Positions 40,559 through 49,957 of a stretch of 64,000 nucleotides of DNA are shown in pieces. Position numbers and translations under genes: made by a program. Source of the DNA: Planctomycetota bacterium (GTDB lineage Bacteria; Planctomycetota; Planctomycetia; Pirellulales; Pirellulaceae). Numbering within the stretch: position 1 is the first letter of the stretch; each line of letters opens with the position of its first letter. The notes under the pieces were generated by a model. That model did no database searches. It saw nothing but the letters and a program-made list of their open reading frames with translations, and was not told the DNA's origin. The stretch is from contig JBCBOT010000001.1 of NCBI GenBank assembly GCA_039821165.1, positions 30,099 to 94,098 on the forward strand, written 5' to 3'.

Positions 40559-41162
40559 GAGACCCGTGACGAACAAGAAAGTCACGTGAATGTTTGCGTC
40601 GTCCGTGCGACGCGGCGGCTGTCCGTAATGGTCAAAAGACGGTCAGGAGGCTGCAAATGGCGAATTTCGCCAGCGGCAAATCGTTGTTATCAGTCGCAAC
40701 CTGAACGGCCCAAAGCCGTCGCTCTCGTCCGATCGTGACCAAGAATGAGAGAAACCCGGTGTCGCATCGAGTTTCGAACTCTCCAAACCCTACACGCGCG
40801 ATAGTGAATCACCAATGTCAGATTGCAAGAAATCGCAAAACCTCTGGCAGTTGGTCCTCGTTCGGAATCAACGCGATCTCTTGTCCAGGGACACTGTTGC
40901 CCGCTTTCCCACAGTCGGTGGACAGACTTAGGAACCGTTCGGAAACAAGTCCGGCGTTTGTCGGACGCGGTAGCGGCCGGGGAAGACCCGCTCCGGGCCT
41001 GAGAGCCCGACTCTCCCGCGAGCGGGAGAGTGAATGACGAAGTTGTTTCCGAACAATTCCTTAGCGGGCTTGTGTCAGAAGTCACGGAGGATCCTTTGGT
41101 TACCGATCACTGGAAGCTCAAGCACTTGCCCGAGCTTCCGCGGCAACAGAACTCCCCAGCGA

Positions 41163-42173
41163 CTACTCTTTCGATCGGATGTCGCTGACTACCGAAACCA
41201 ACTGAGTCACCAAGGGTTCGCCTGGTTGAGCTTGGAGAGCCCGCTCGAGTTCTTTTTGGCCACGGGCAAGATGCTCCAGCACCAAGTAGTGATATCCGAG
41301 CAGAAAGTGATGCGTCATGTTTGGAGCGGCCTTCCGCACCGCTTCGAGGGTACGCAAATGGTTCTCGTAGACTTCCTTGGATTGATAGAGGTCGCGGACC
41401 GCCTGCCAGTTCCATGTGTTGCCGAGCAGGAGTGCATCGTAAACATCCGCGGCTGCCGCGTCGTAATCATGCTTTGCGAAGTGGGCAAAGCCTCTGAACT
41501 GCAGGACGTCTGAATTCTCGGGCACCAGTTGAACGGCATTGTCCAGTGTCTCGATCGTTTCGTCGTACTTCTTCGCGCGAAACTGAGTCTTTGCGGTTTC
41601 GATGAGACGAAGGAGTTTTTGCTCGGCGGTATCAGCGACCGGGCCCGCGACCACGGTGTCGGCGGCGGTGACCGGTGTCTGTGCAACGATCGTCGTTGAG
41701 CCTGGACCGTGAATCACCTGAGCGGAGGTTCCGGGTGCACCAACGATGACTGTCGAACCGGGCGACGGAGAAACCGGAACGGGACACTGTTTTGGCTTCG
41801 CGGGTGCGAGCAGCGGTTGTGCAGGCTGAAAGTTGCGATTGACAGATTCGACCGCCGTACCGATGACGTCACGTCCGACGATGGTTCCCGGATTGTTGCT
41901 TCTCCGCATGCCGAATCCAATCGGTGGCGTTGGAAATCCCATCGACCCCATGCGTGGAGGAGTCAGAATCTGCGGTCCGCCCCAGGGAAAACTACCGCTT
42001 CGTTGCGACGCGCCCGAACCGCGTGGAGCGCTGCGAAGGGCCGGTCCGATGATGCCGCCGAGGCCGCTGTTCCCACCGGAAAGCCTTGAACCGAATTGGG
42101 CGTTCACGGAAGTGGAAAAGAAGCAAGTCGCGAGCGACAACAGTGCAGTGTATTGGAGAGTTCGTTTCAACAT
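41163..42173 (-). CDS. Secreted protein: Gly/Pro-rich N-terminus and planctomycete-type TPR C-terminus
   Basis: Signal peptide ending VNA|QF; TPR region ...WNWQAVRDLY...FLLGYHY. Confidence 0.85.
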   Translation of the reverse strand: MLKRTLQYTALLSLATCFFSTSVNAQFGSRLSGGNSGLGGIIGPALRSAPRGSGASQRSGSFPWGGPQILTPPRMGSMGFPTPPIGFGMRRSNNPGTIVGRDVIGTAVESVNRNFQPAQPLLAPAKPKQCPVPVSPSPGSTVIVGAPGTSAQVIHGPGSTTIVAQTPVTAADTVVAGPVADTAEQKLLRLIETAKTQFRAKKYDETIETLDNAVQLVPENSDVLQFRGFAHFAKHDYDAAAADVYDALLLGNTWNWQAVRDLYQSKEVYENHLRTLEAVRKAAPNMTHHFLLGYHYLVLEHLARGQKELERALQAQPGEPLVTQLVSVVSDIRSKE

Positions 42174-42239
42174 GGTTCTGATGTAGTTTCGTGGTTGTTG
42201 ATTGAATGAAGTCGATAGGACTTGAGTGATAAGACGTTG

Positions 42240-42437
42240 GCCGTCGGTCTGGCTGGTTTCCTGTTCGTATCTGAACCGGCGGCTAGCGCCGAACCGCTCA
42301 CACTTTGCATGGCCATGAGCGACAAGGCACTAGCTGTCGGTCTGTTTGGTTTCCTGTTCGTATCTAGACCGGCGGCTAGCGCCGAACCGCTCACTCTTTG
42401 CATGGCCATGAGCGACAAGGCACTAGCCGTCGGTCTG
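42240..42437. repeat. 93-bp tandem duplication (2 units plus partial) built from REP family B hairpins
   Basis: Unit starts at 42240, 42333, 42426; each unit has ACCGGCGGCTAGCGCC...GCTCA pairing with TGAGC...GGCACTAG...GTCGGT. Confidence 0.9.
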
Positions 42438-42499
42438 TCCATGCCAGCCCGCGCCGCTCACTCTCCCGAGGTCGGGAGAGTGAAACCCCGGACGCGGCA

Positions 42500-44203
42500 C
42501 TACTTACGGAACGGGTTCTTGAAAGTCGGTTTGGCGGGAGCCGTGACCGCTTGACTGCCGACCGTCGCTCCGGGAGCCGGTTGCACGTTCACGGCAGTTT
42601 GCCCCGACACTCCGATGGCACCGGCTGATTGGCCTTGAGTCGCTAACGCAGCTCCGTTGCCGCCATCGACTCCGGCTGCGAAGGCAGCCCCGCCTGTCGA
42701 GCCGAGTGCCATTGCGTTGCCGCCCTGCCCGGCAATGCCAAGACCTTGACCGCCAGCCTCTCCGATACCGATGCCGGTTCCGCCATCGACGCCAATGCCG
42801 ACTCCTTCGCCGCCATCCAGGCCAACCCCGATACCGGTTCCGCCGTTCGCTCCGATACCGGTGCCAACGCCACCGTTGACGCCGAGTCCTTTGCCGACGC
42901 CGCCATCGATGCCGATGCCAGTCCCCTGACCACCGTTGATGCCGATGCCTTTTCCGTAGCCGCCGTTGATTCCGACACCGGTTCCGATGCCGCCATTGAT
43001 GCCAACACCTTTGCCGACACCGCCGTTGATTCCAACGCCTTCACCGTATCCACCGTTGACACCGATCCCTTTGCCAACGCCACCGTTGATGCCGAGTCCC
43101 TTGCCGACTGCGCCGTTGACGCCGATTCCTTGACCCATGCCGCCGTTTACGCCGATGCCTTCGCCGTAGCCACCGTTGATGCCGACACCTTTACCGATGC
43201 CGCCGTTCATGCCGACACCACGTCCGACGCCTCCGTTGATTCCGACTCCCTTGCCATAGCCGCCGCGGTAACCTTCGCCGATTCCGACGCCGCCGTTGTG
43301 ACCGATACCGTGTCCGAATCCACCTTGGCTTCCAACGCCGAGTCCGACGCCTCCGTTGTGTCCTTCACCAAAACCAAAACCGCCTTCGGTACCGACGCCG
43401 ATTCCGGTGCCTCCGTTATTGCCCATACCGAGTCCAACGCCACCGGAATCTCCGATGCCAACACCCGTGCCGCCGTTCTTGCCGATTCCGATTCCGACGC
43501 CACCGTTGGATCCCACGCCGACTCCCGTGCCGCCTCCGGTACCGATGCCGATACCCACACTGCCTTTGGTGCTCGCGCCGACACCACCGCCGTTGGACGA
43601 TTGACCGGTTCCGCCGTTGACGCCGACACCAATGCCACCGAGCTTCGAATCCACGCCGACACCGACACCGCCTTGGCCGTCGATTGAAACGTTTGCGGGA
43701 CCCTTACCGAAATTCAGTTGCGGACCGTTATTGCCCATCCCGATTCCGATCCCGTTTTTTGGGCTGCTACCTCCGAGACTGTAGCCAGGTCCCGATGGCC
43801 CGCCGATCACATGACCAGACCCTGCTGGACCGCCGAACGCAGGGGCGGAGCCGCCGATCACATGATTCGAAATCCCCGAGCGTTGCTGCGGCAACAACCC
43901 TTGGATGCCTCCTCCGCTGAATGGCACGTGGGTCCCGGACGAGCTGCCGCCGAAGTTCGGGATGATGCCGCGGGGAAATCCAGTGCCACCGTTAGACGGC
44001 TGCACCGCCGGCATCGCGTTGCCACGAGGCATGAAACCACTGCGGATTCCGTTCCCGCCATTCTGCCCGCCCGAGTTCTTGATGCCTTGTTTGATCAGAT
44101 TGCCGAGGTCGAATTGGGCGTGCGCCGTTGCAATCGGCACAAACGCAAGAACCAGAGCGGCAATGAGCGTTGGCGGTCGGTGAATTCGTTGGAGAGTCTT
44201 CAT
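42500..44203 (-). CDS. Secreted glycine-rich decapeptide-repeat protein (GGxGxGxGxN)
   Basis: Signal peptide ending AHA|QF from MKTLQ (44203); 27 consecutive G-x-x-G-x-G-x-G-x-x units at 43564-42755, then 6 degenerate units. Confidence 0.85.
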   Translation of the reverse strand: MKTLQRIHRPPTLIAALVLAFVPIATAHAQFDLGNLIKQGIKNSGGQNGGNGIRSGFMPRGNAMPAVQPSNGGTGFPRGIIPNFGGSSSGTHVPFSGGGIQGLLPQQRSGISNHVIGGSAPAFGGPAGSGHVIGGPSGPGYSLGGSSPKNGIGIGMGNNGPQLNFGKGPANVSIDGQGGVGVGVDSKLGGIGVGVNGGTGQSSNGGGVGASTKGSVGIGIGTGGGTGVGVGSNGGVGIGIGKNGGTGVGIGDSGGVGLGMGNNGGTGIGVGTEGGFGFGEGHNGGVGLGVGSQGGFGHGIGHNGGVGIGEGYRGGYGKGVGINGGVGRGVGMNGGIGKGVGINGGYGEGIGVNGGMGQGIGVNGAVGKGLGINGGVGKGIGVNGGYGEGVGINGGVGKGVGINGGIGTGVGINGGYGKGIGINGGQGTGIGIDGGVGKGLGVNGGVGTGIGANGGTGIGVGLDGGEGVGIGVDGGTGIGIGEAGGQGLGIAGQGGNAMALGSTGGAAFAAGVDGGNGAALATQGQSAGAIGVSGQTAVNVQPAPGATVGSQAVTAPAKPTFKNPFRK

Positions 44204-44398
44204 GGTTGGCTCCGCTGCTTGCTGGGATCGTGATTTTTTGGAGAGCCGATCGCTCCCCAACAACCCATAGGCAAACGCCGCCGAGCAGGGACAACCTTTT
44301 CCGAGATTTCTTTTCTCCGCTCGAATCCAACTCGTCAGCAATGAACGCTACCCATGTGTCCGTCCGAAAAGGTGCAACGCAGTGCATCTCATCTGAGA

Positions 44399-44585
44399 GG
44401 TAACCCGAAACGTCAGTGAGGGAAAGCGAGTCTCGCACCGTCGCGGAGTCCCTTGCTAACGCGGCGGGTTACCCACGTTGGACATCTCGCCCAAAAAGTG
44501 CAACGCACGGGTAACCCGAAACGTCAGTGAGGGAAGCAGGTCTCGCGCACCGTCATGGAGCGCCTTGCTCACACGGCGGGTGAAC
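44399..44585. repeat. Two REP family A hairpins
   Basis: GTAACCCGAAACGTCAGTGAGGGA...TCCCTTGCTAACGCGGCGGGTTAC (44399-44473) and a degenerate second copy (44510-44585). Confidence 0.85.
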
Positions 44586-44633
44586 TTAGAGAAACGCGCG
44601 CGAGATCTGGTCCCTGCCCGTTAAAACCCATCC

Positions 44634-45254
44634 TTAGGCGAAGCCGCCGGCGGAACGCAATTTCGCCAGTGCACGCACGTGCCGCTTCTTCGCCGCTTCA
44701 TGGCTGATGCCGAGAACGATCGCAACCTCTGGACCCGACAACTGCTCAAAGTGCCAAAGCGCCAGGATTTCCCGATCCGCCTCCGACAACGCATCCAAGG
44801 CCGCACGCAGCTTGTCCTGCGTTTCCCGCTGCGAGACGACTCGCGAAGGCGTCGGCTGACTGGAAGACAACTCCATCGCGATGCAACCGGAGTTTGCCGG
44901 TGGAATCCCCTCCAAGTCACGCTCGCGGCGAACGTCGCGTCGCTTCGCATTGAGATGCCGACGATGCGCTTGCGTCAGACTTTGAAGTAGAAGCTTTCGA
45001 AGCCAGAGAAACACGGGCATTGGTCGTGTTTCCAGAAAACGTTCCAAACCATCGATCGCTTGCACAAATACTTCTTGCACGATGTCACAAGCGTCGATTC
45101 TCCCAGCCAGCGCCGGATGAAGCCGCAACTGAACCGTCCGCTCTAACCGTGCCGAGTACTGTTCAAAGAAATGGGTCAGCGCACCATCATTGTCCTGTTG
45201 GCTGAGGGCCAAGAGCTTGTCTGTCTGGTCGTCATCGATTTGAGGCGAAGTCAT
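44634..45254 (-). CDS. ECF sigma-70 factor, planctomycete kinase-associated type (TIGR02984-like)
   Basis: LRLHPALAGRIDACDIVQE...DREILALWHFEQLS..EVA..LGIS..AAKKRHVRAL. Confidence 0.9.
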   Translation of the reverse strand: MTSPQIDDDQTDKLLALSQQDNDGALTHFFEQYSARLERTVQLRLHPALAGRIDACDIVQEVFVQAIDGLERFLETRPMPVFLWLRKLLLQSLTQAHRRHLNAKRRDVRRERDLEGIPPANSGCIAMELSSSQPTPSRVVSQRETQDKLRAALDALSEADREILALWHFEQLSGPEVAIVLGISHEAAKKRHVRALAKLRSAGGFA

Positions 45255-45274
45255 ATCCACGGAAGCCTCTCCAT

Positions 45275-48200
45275 CTATCGAGATTGGTGCGAGGATCGCT
45301 TCGGAATCCACCAAGCATCGATCAAACGCCCATGACGTTCGTTCCCGGAACGATCGGTGATCCTTGTTTCGGTTTCTGCTTGATCCCGACTGAAATCAAA
45401 CAGCAATTCGCATCCTTCATGATTCGTTAGCTCGGACTCGGGTACAAAACCATCTTGGTAGAGCACCCGACTGGAGACCCGGACGGCTCGAATCAAACCC
45501 TCGCCCTTGGGGAGATAGGCGTTGCGATAGATTGAATCCCCAACAAAGAAGGGAGTCTTGACCGGCGGCGCGAACACTGCGGTCGGGATGCACTTCGCCT
45601 CGTTGGCCAGTACTCCATTGACGAACAAGCGTTCGTTTTCTCCGTCATTGCAGAGTGCCACATGAACCCAATGATCTGCTTGAAGCCGTGGCGATGGCAA
45701 GCGAATCCCACTCCTCGCTTGGACGCGCGATGCGTAGAGATCAGCGTAGCTGCGTGAGCGGAGAGGCCTGAATTGGGTTGCGATGGGTGATTCGTGAGCC
45801 TCGATCGAATGACTCCATCGCTGCACCCACGCCTCGATGGTGAAGCCGGAGAATTCATGAAACGGAAGACTTGGAGCGACAATGCGTGCTTCGCCATGGA
45901 GAAATAGGCAGGGTTCGCCGCAAATCATGCGCTTGGCGTTCAAATAATCTGCAAGCGTTTCGGCCGGCGGTCGTAAGTCCGCCGTGATTCGGCCTCGCAC
46001 CGAGAGATACCAGGGATCTTGCGGCGATTGAGCGATCGCTTTGTCGATGGACTCTTTCGCTCGCTCTTCCGCCCGCAAACGGCGTTTGCGAGTCGACAGT
46101 TGATCGGGATACCGCAAGGTGGACCAGATACTGACATCGTTGTCGAACCGATTCGCAGCGAGCTTTCTTCCATCGGGGCTGAAACGCACGCAGCCATCGA
46201 ATTGATAATCTTTCGGTCGAGGCCCGCGGCTGAGTTTGAGAACTTCCTCGCCGGCGAGATTCCAAACCGTCACGTCATCTCGGTTGGCTCCCGCGATTCG
46301 GTCTCCGTTGGGATGCCAGTGCAATTGTTCCACGTTCGGCGGGATCTTCATTTCGGCGATCGGTTTCCAACCCATCTCGCGATCGGGATCACTGGTCGCG
46401 AAGATACCCGCGTTTCCGTCCGTGGTCGCGAACGCGAATCGCCTTGAGTCCGCCGAAAAGTCCAGAGCGGAGATCCCCATACGGTCAGGCGGAAACATCG
46501 CGTCTGGCTCAAGCTCAAGTTCAATCCATTGGGCGTTGAGTGTGGGCATCTGAACGAGACCGATCGAATGGACAAAACCGCCTTGCGAATTCTGATCAGC
46601 AACCGAACGCGCTCCAACTAAAAGCCGGCTTCCGTCCGAATTGAGGCTGAGCTCATGGCACCCGCGCGAGAATCGTCGACGCTCAATCAACGACCATGCG
46701 CTCTTTGTCTCGTCAAAGCTCCAGCAATAGAGAATCGATTCTGAATCGGATTCGCTTGCCGGACAACACGCGACGAGTACTCTGCCGTCGCCGCTCATCG
46801 AAACACAGTTTGCGATTGAATCAAGCGGTTCCGTCGAGTGGACCCGACTGCCACTTTCGACATCATAGATTGCGATTGTCTGATCTTTCTGGACGACAGC
46901 CAATTGATTCCCGGCTTCGTCAAAGCACGCCTCTCGCCGGGAGGCGACTTGGGGAATACCAGCGATCCAATGGAGTTTGAGCAGCCTTCCGCTCTCCGCC
47001 TCGTAAACTTCGATTCGTTTTTCCTGGTAAACAGCGATGCCTGAGCCGCCCCATCGAAATGCAATCGCCTCGGTACCAGGGTAGTTCGAGGTTTTAGTAG
47101 GCGTCTCGCATCGCACATACTCCGGTCGCGAATCGGGTCTCCAAATCCGCACCTGCCCGCTCCAATCACCCGACGCAATCCATTCGCCGTCATGACTGAT
47201 CGCCAAGCTCTGAACGCGATCGGGATGTCCATGCAGCACCCGGACCGGACGGTCCTTGGTCACGTCCCAAACACAGATGCTACCGTCGGTGGCGCCGGTC
47301 GTGATCAGGCCTCGCCCTTCGTGAACTGCGCAAACCGGTTGATAGTAGCTTTTTTGATTGATGAGATGATCTTCGGTGCCTCTCAACTGTTTCCGCAGCG
47401 TTCCATCGCCCAAAGACCTCAACGCCAGGTCGCCGCCATCAACGCAGTCGACGATCAGCCCTAAGCCGGGTGAATAGAGTGCTGACGCAGCAACGGTCTC
47501 GATTGGCTCGGCGAGCCTCTCACCGGTTTCGACATCAAGCATCACTCTTCTCGCCAAATCGGGATAATTCTCCGGCGGTGATTCGCTGTAGTAGTACTCG
47601 ATGGCCTCGATCGTATCGCTCTCATTCGAATCGGCGAGTTCGGTCAGCGTGACGAGGTCGGCACTCCAAACCTGTTCACCCGTTTCCGCGTCCCATGCAG
47701 CGGTCCGAGCGTGTTGAATCCTGTTTCGATTCCAAATCGTCCCGAGAACCAAACGATCATCCGCTGAGAAGCGCAGCCGATAAACCCGTTGATCTTTGGG
47801 AAGCTCCAGCTTCGTAACGACCTCCCTTGATTCGAGTTCCCAAATTTGAACGAACCCCTCCCAACCGGTTTCAAAGTGATTGGTTGCAATCGCTTCGGAG
47901 ACGGCGGCGAAACGACTGTCATGACTGAAGGCGATGTCATAGGCCGAGTGTTCGACCGGTAACTCGCAAACCATCTTCGCAGTTCGCGTGTCCCAAAACG
48001 TCGCGCGGCCTTTGGGTGAGACCCCCCGCGGCCGGACAAACTCAGGCCTTCCTGTTGCGACGGCGATTAGCGAATCGTCGTGACTAAACGTCAAATCCCA
48101 AATCCACTCTGCCTGCGGCGCCGGAATATCAAAGACCGCGACATGCTGGTGCACCAGCGCTTGCAGGTAACCCCATTCCCAGCCCCGACGATCGGTTTGT

Positions 48201-49957
48201 TTTGAACCTGGGATCAGCTGGTCGAGCAACTCGCCAGCCGATTGAGCATCGGTCTCACTGAGCATCTTGACCCGGTCGATCGCGGCGCGGTAGAGCGCGG
48301 ACTCCGCGATTTCCAATCGCTCTTCGGCGAGTGTCTGATTCTTGCCGGCTGCCTTTTGCGCCGAACGTGCGATCTTTGTCTTGATGTTCGCGTCGACGAG
48401 TGCCTCTTCTGCACGAAGCCAACTCCACGCGACGAGCCCGAAAGAAACCAGGAAGAGTGTTGCGAGCGCCGCGGTCAAACCGGACACCAATGGCCTCCGG
48501 CGTATCCATTTGTGCAAACGTTCCAAATTGGTGATCGCGCGAGCCTTGATGGGTTCTCCCACCAGAAAACGCTGAAGGTCTCGCTCAAGTTCCGATGGGG
48601 AGGCATAGCGTTTTGCGGGCTCCTTCTCGATAGCTTTGAGAACGATCGTTTCCAAGTCTTTGGGAACGTTCGAGTTGATCTTTCGTGGAGGAACCGGGTC
48701 TCGCTCCGCGATCGCGCGGATCAGTTGGCTGCGATGCAGTTCTTTGAATGCCGGTTGCAGCGCGAGCAATTCATAGAGCGTCAGACCCAAACTGTAGACA
48801 TCGCTCCGAGACTCGGGCTGCCCCACGCATTGCTCCGGTGCCATGTAGCGGAGCGTCCCGATCATTTCGCCATCGCGTGTCAAATCATCTTCTTCCGTCG
48901 ATTTGGCGAGGCCGAAATCCATGACCCAAACGATGCCTGCCTGATCGAGCATCAAGTTAGCCGGCTTGATGTCTCGGTGCAGTGTGCCCTGGGCGTGTGC
49001 GTACGCTAAAGCATTGGCCACCTGCATGCCGATCTTCGCGACACTTTCCCAATACTTGCCGATATGGCTCGCGCTCCCTGATGACGTTGGTAATGCCGTC
49101 ACACCAGGAAGACTCACGTCAGCTGAGAGCGCGGTGGTTTTTGAAGGAAAGGAAACCGGTTCCAACGTTTCATGTGCTGCATCGATTGATGCCTCTTCCG
49201 CAAAGGCCTGCTCATCCGACACCGCCCCGCTCCCAAAAAGAGACCGAGCCACCTCGGAGGCTTCCGAGTGGACCTTCGGTTCGGCAGAGCCTGCGTTTAA
49301 TCGGGTGGTGGCCGTGGGCGAAGACTGCCACAGCTTCCTCAATTCGCGGATGACCTCGTCGAGCGAAGCTCCTCGAATGAACTGCATCGCGTAGAACAAC
49401 CGACCGTCTTCTTCACCGACCGCGAAGACCGGGACGATGTTGGTGTGGTGCAACATCGCCGCCGCGCGGGACTCTCGTCGGAAGCGTTCGCTATTACGCG
49501 GACTCATTTGGACCGTGGCGGGACACACTTTGAGCGCGACGTGTCGACCCAATGATTCTTGGAGCGCCTCGTAAACGATTCCCATCCCGCCACGACCGAT
49601 CACGCGACGAATCTTGAAGTCGCCGAGTCGGTCGAGTTGCGAGTCCTGGGATCTCGCCTCATCCGTTCCGCTGGGTGCGTTGTCTTCCATGAGCAACATC
49701 ATGGGAAAGACTTCATCGATTCGATCGGCGAGGTCTGGATAGTCTCGCTTGTAATGATCGATGTCGGGGTTCGCGCCCGCGCGGTAACGCTCCAGGTACT
49801 CGTTGGCCAAGTCAATGATCAGATCCGACGCATCGTCGTTTGCTTCCGATGAGAGTGCGGGTTTGGACTCCTGCTCAGAGCCAAACTTCGCAGCATCAAT
49901 GCGAAGCGTGTTTGAGGGGCAGGAACTCCCGCCAGGCACTTCGGAATCGGCGCTCAT
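45275..49957 (-). CDS. Ser/Thr kinase with TM/coiled coil, WD40 repeats and C-terminal LamG/ConA-like domain
   Basis: IGRGGMG, HRDIKPAN, DFG, YMAPE; GH...W-D/x repeats (LHGHPDRVQSLAISHDGEWIASGDWSGQVRIW); FTIEAWV...WVHVALC...LFVNG. Confidence 0.92.
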   Translation of the reverse strand: MSADSEVPGGSSCPSNTLRIDAAKFGSEQESKPALSSEANDDASDLIIDLANEYLERYRAGANPDIDHYKRDYPDLADRIDEVFPMMLLMEDNAPSGTDEARSQDSQLDRLGDFKIRRVIGRGGMGIVYEALQESLGRHVALKVCPATVQMSPRNSERFRRESRAAAMLHHTNIVPVFAVGEEDGRLFYAMQFIRGASLDEVIRELRKLWQSSPTATTRLNAGSAEPKVHSEASEVARSLFGSGAVSDEQAFAEEASIDAAHETLEPVSFPSKTTALSADVSLPGVTALPTSSGSASHIGKYWESVAKIGMQVANALAYAHAQGTLHRDIKPANLMLDQAGIVWVMDFGLAKSTEEDDLTRDGEMIGTLRYMAPEQCVGQPESRSDVYSLGLTLYELLALQPAFKELHRSQLIRAIAERDPVPPRKINSNVPKDLETIVLKAIEKEPAKRYASPSELERDLQRFLVGEPIKARAITNLERLHKWIRRRPLVSGLTAALATLFLVSFGLVAWSWLRAEEALVDANIKTKIARSAQKAAGKNQTLAEERLEIAESALYRAAIDRVKMLSETDAQSAGELLDQLIPGSKQTDRRGWEWGYLQALVHQHVAVFDIPAPQAEWIWDLTFSHDDSLIAVATGRPEFVRPRGVSPKGRATFWDTRTAKMVCELPVEHSAYDIAFSHDSRFAAVSEAIATNHFETGWEGFVQIWELESREVVTKLELPKDQRVYRLRFSADDRLVLGTIWNRNRIQHARTAAWDAETGEQVWSADLVTLTELADSNESDTIEAIEYYYSESPPENYPDLARRVMLDVETGERLAEPIETVAASALYSPGLGLIVDCVDGGDLALRSLGDGTLRKQLRGTEDHLINQKSYYQPVCAVHEGRGLITTGATDGSICVWDVTKDRPVRVLHGHPDRVQSLAISHDGEWIASGDWSGQVRIWRPDSRPEYVRCETPTKTSNYPGTEAIAFRWGGSGIAVYQEKRIEVYEAESGRLLKLHWIAGIPQVASRREACFDEAGNQLAVVQKDQTIAIYDVESGSRVHSTEPLDSIANCVSMSGDGRVLVACCPASESDSESILYCWSFDETKSAWSLIERRRFSRGCHELSLNSDGSRLLVGARSVADQNSQGGFVHSIGLVQMPTLNAQWIELELEPDAMFPPDRMGISALDFSADSRRFAFATTDGNAGIFATSDPDREMGWKPIAEMKIPPNVEQLHWHPNGDRIAGANRDDVTVWNLAGEEVLKLSRGPRPKDYQFDGCVRFSPDGRKLAANRFDNDVSIWSTLRYPDQLSTRKRRLRAEERAKESIDKAIAQSPQDPWYLSVRGRITADLRPPAETLADYLNAKRMICGEPCLFLHGEARIVAPSLPFHEFSGFTIEAWVQRWSHSIEAHESPIATQFRPLRSRSYADLYASRVQARSGIRLPSPRLQADHWVHVALCNDGENERLFVNGVLANEAKCIPTAVFAPPVKTPFFVGDSIYRNAYLPKGEGLIRAVRVSSRVLYQDGFVPESELTNHEGCELLFDFSRDQAETETRITDRSGNERHGRLIDAWWIPKRSSHQSR

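Noticed and set aside
40690-41085. Short ORFs between the helicase and TPR genes
   Set aside because: No motifs and non-protein-like composition; more likely promoter/leader DNA
42240-42437. Possible CRISPR array
   Set aside because: Whole 93-bp units repeat with no unique spacers; REP-like palindromes; no cas genes
42755-43564. RTX Ca-binding repeats
   Set aside because: Period is 10, not 9, and the Asp of GGxGxDxL is absent
42746-43687. 313-aa Asp/Ala/Thr-repeat ORF on + that resembles an ice-nucleation or adhesin repeat
   Set aside because: It is the antisense shadow of GGN-rich codons of the Gly-repeat gene; no signal peptide or credible RBS
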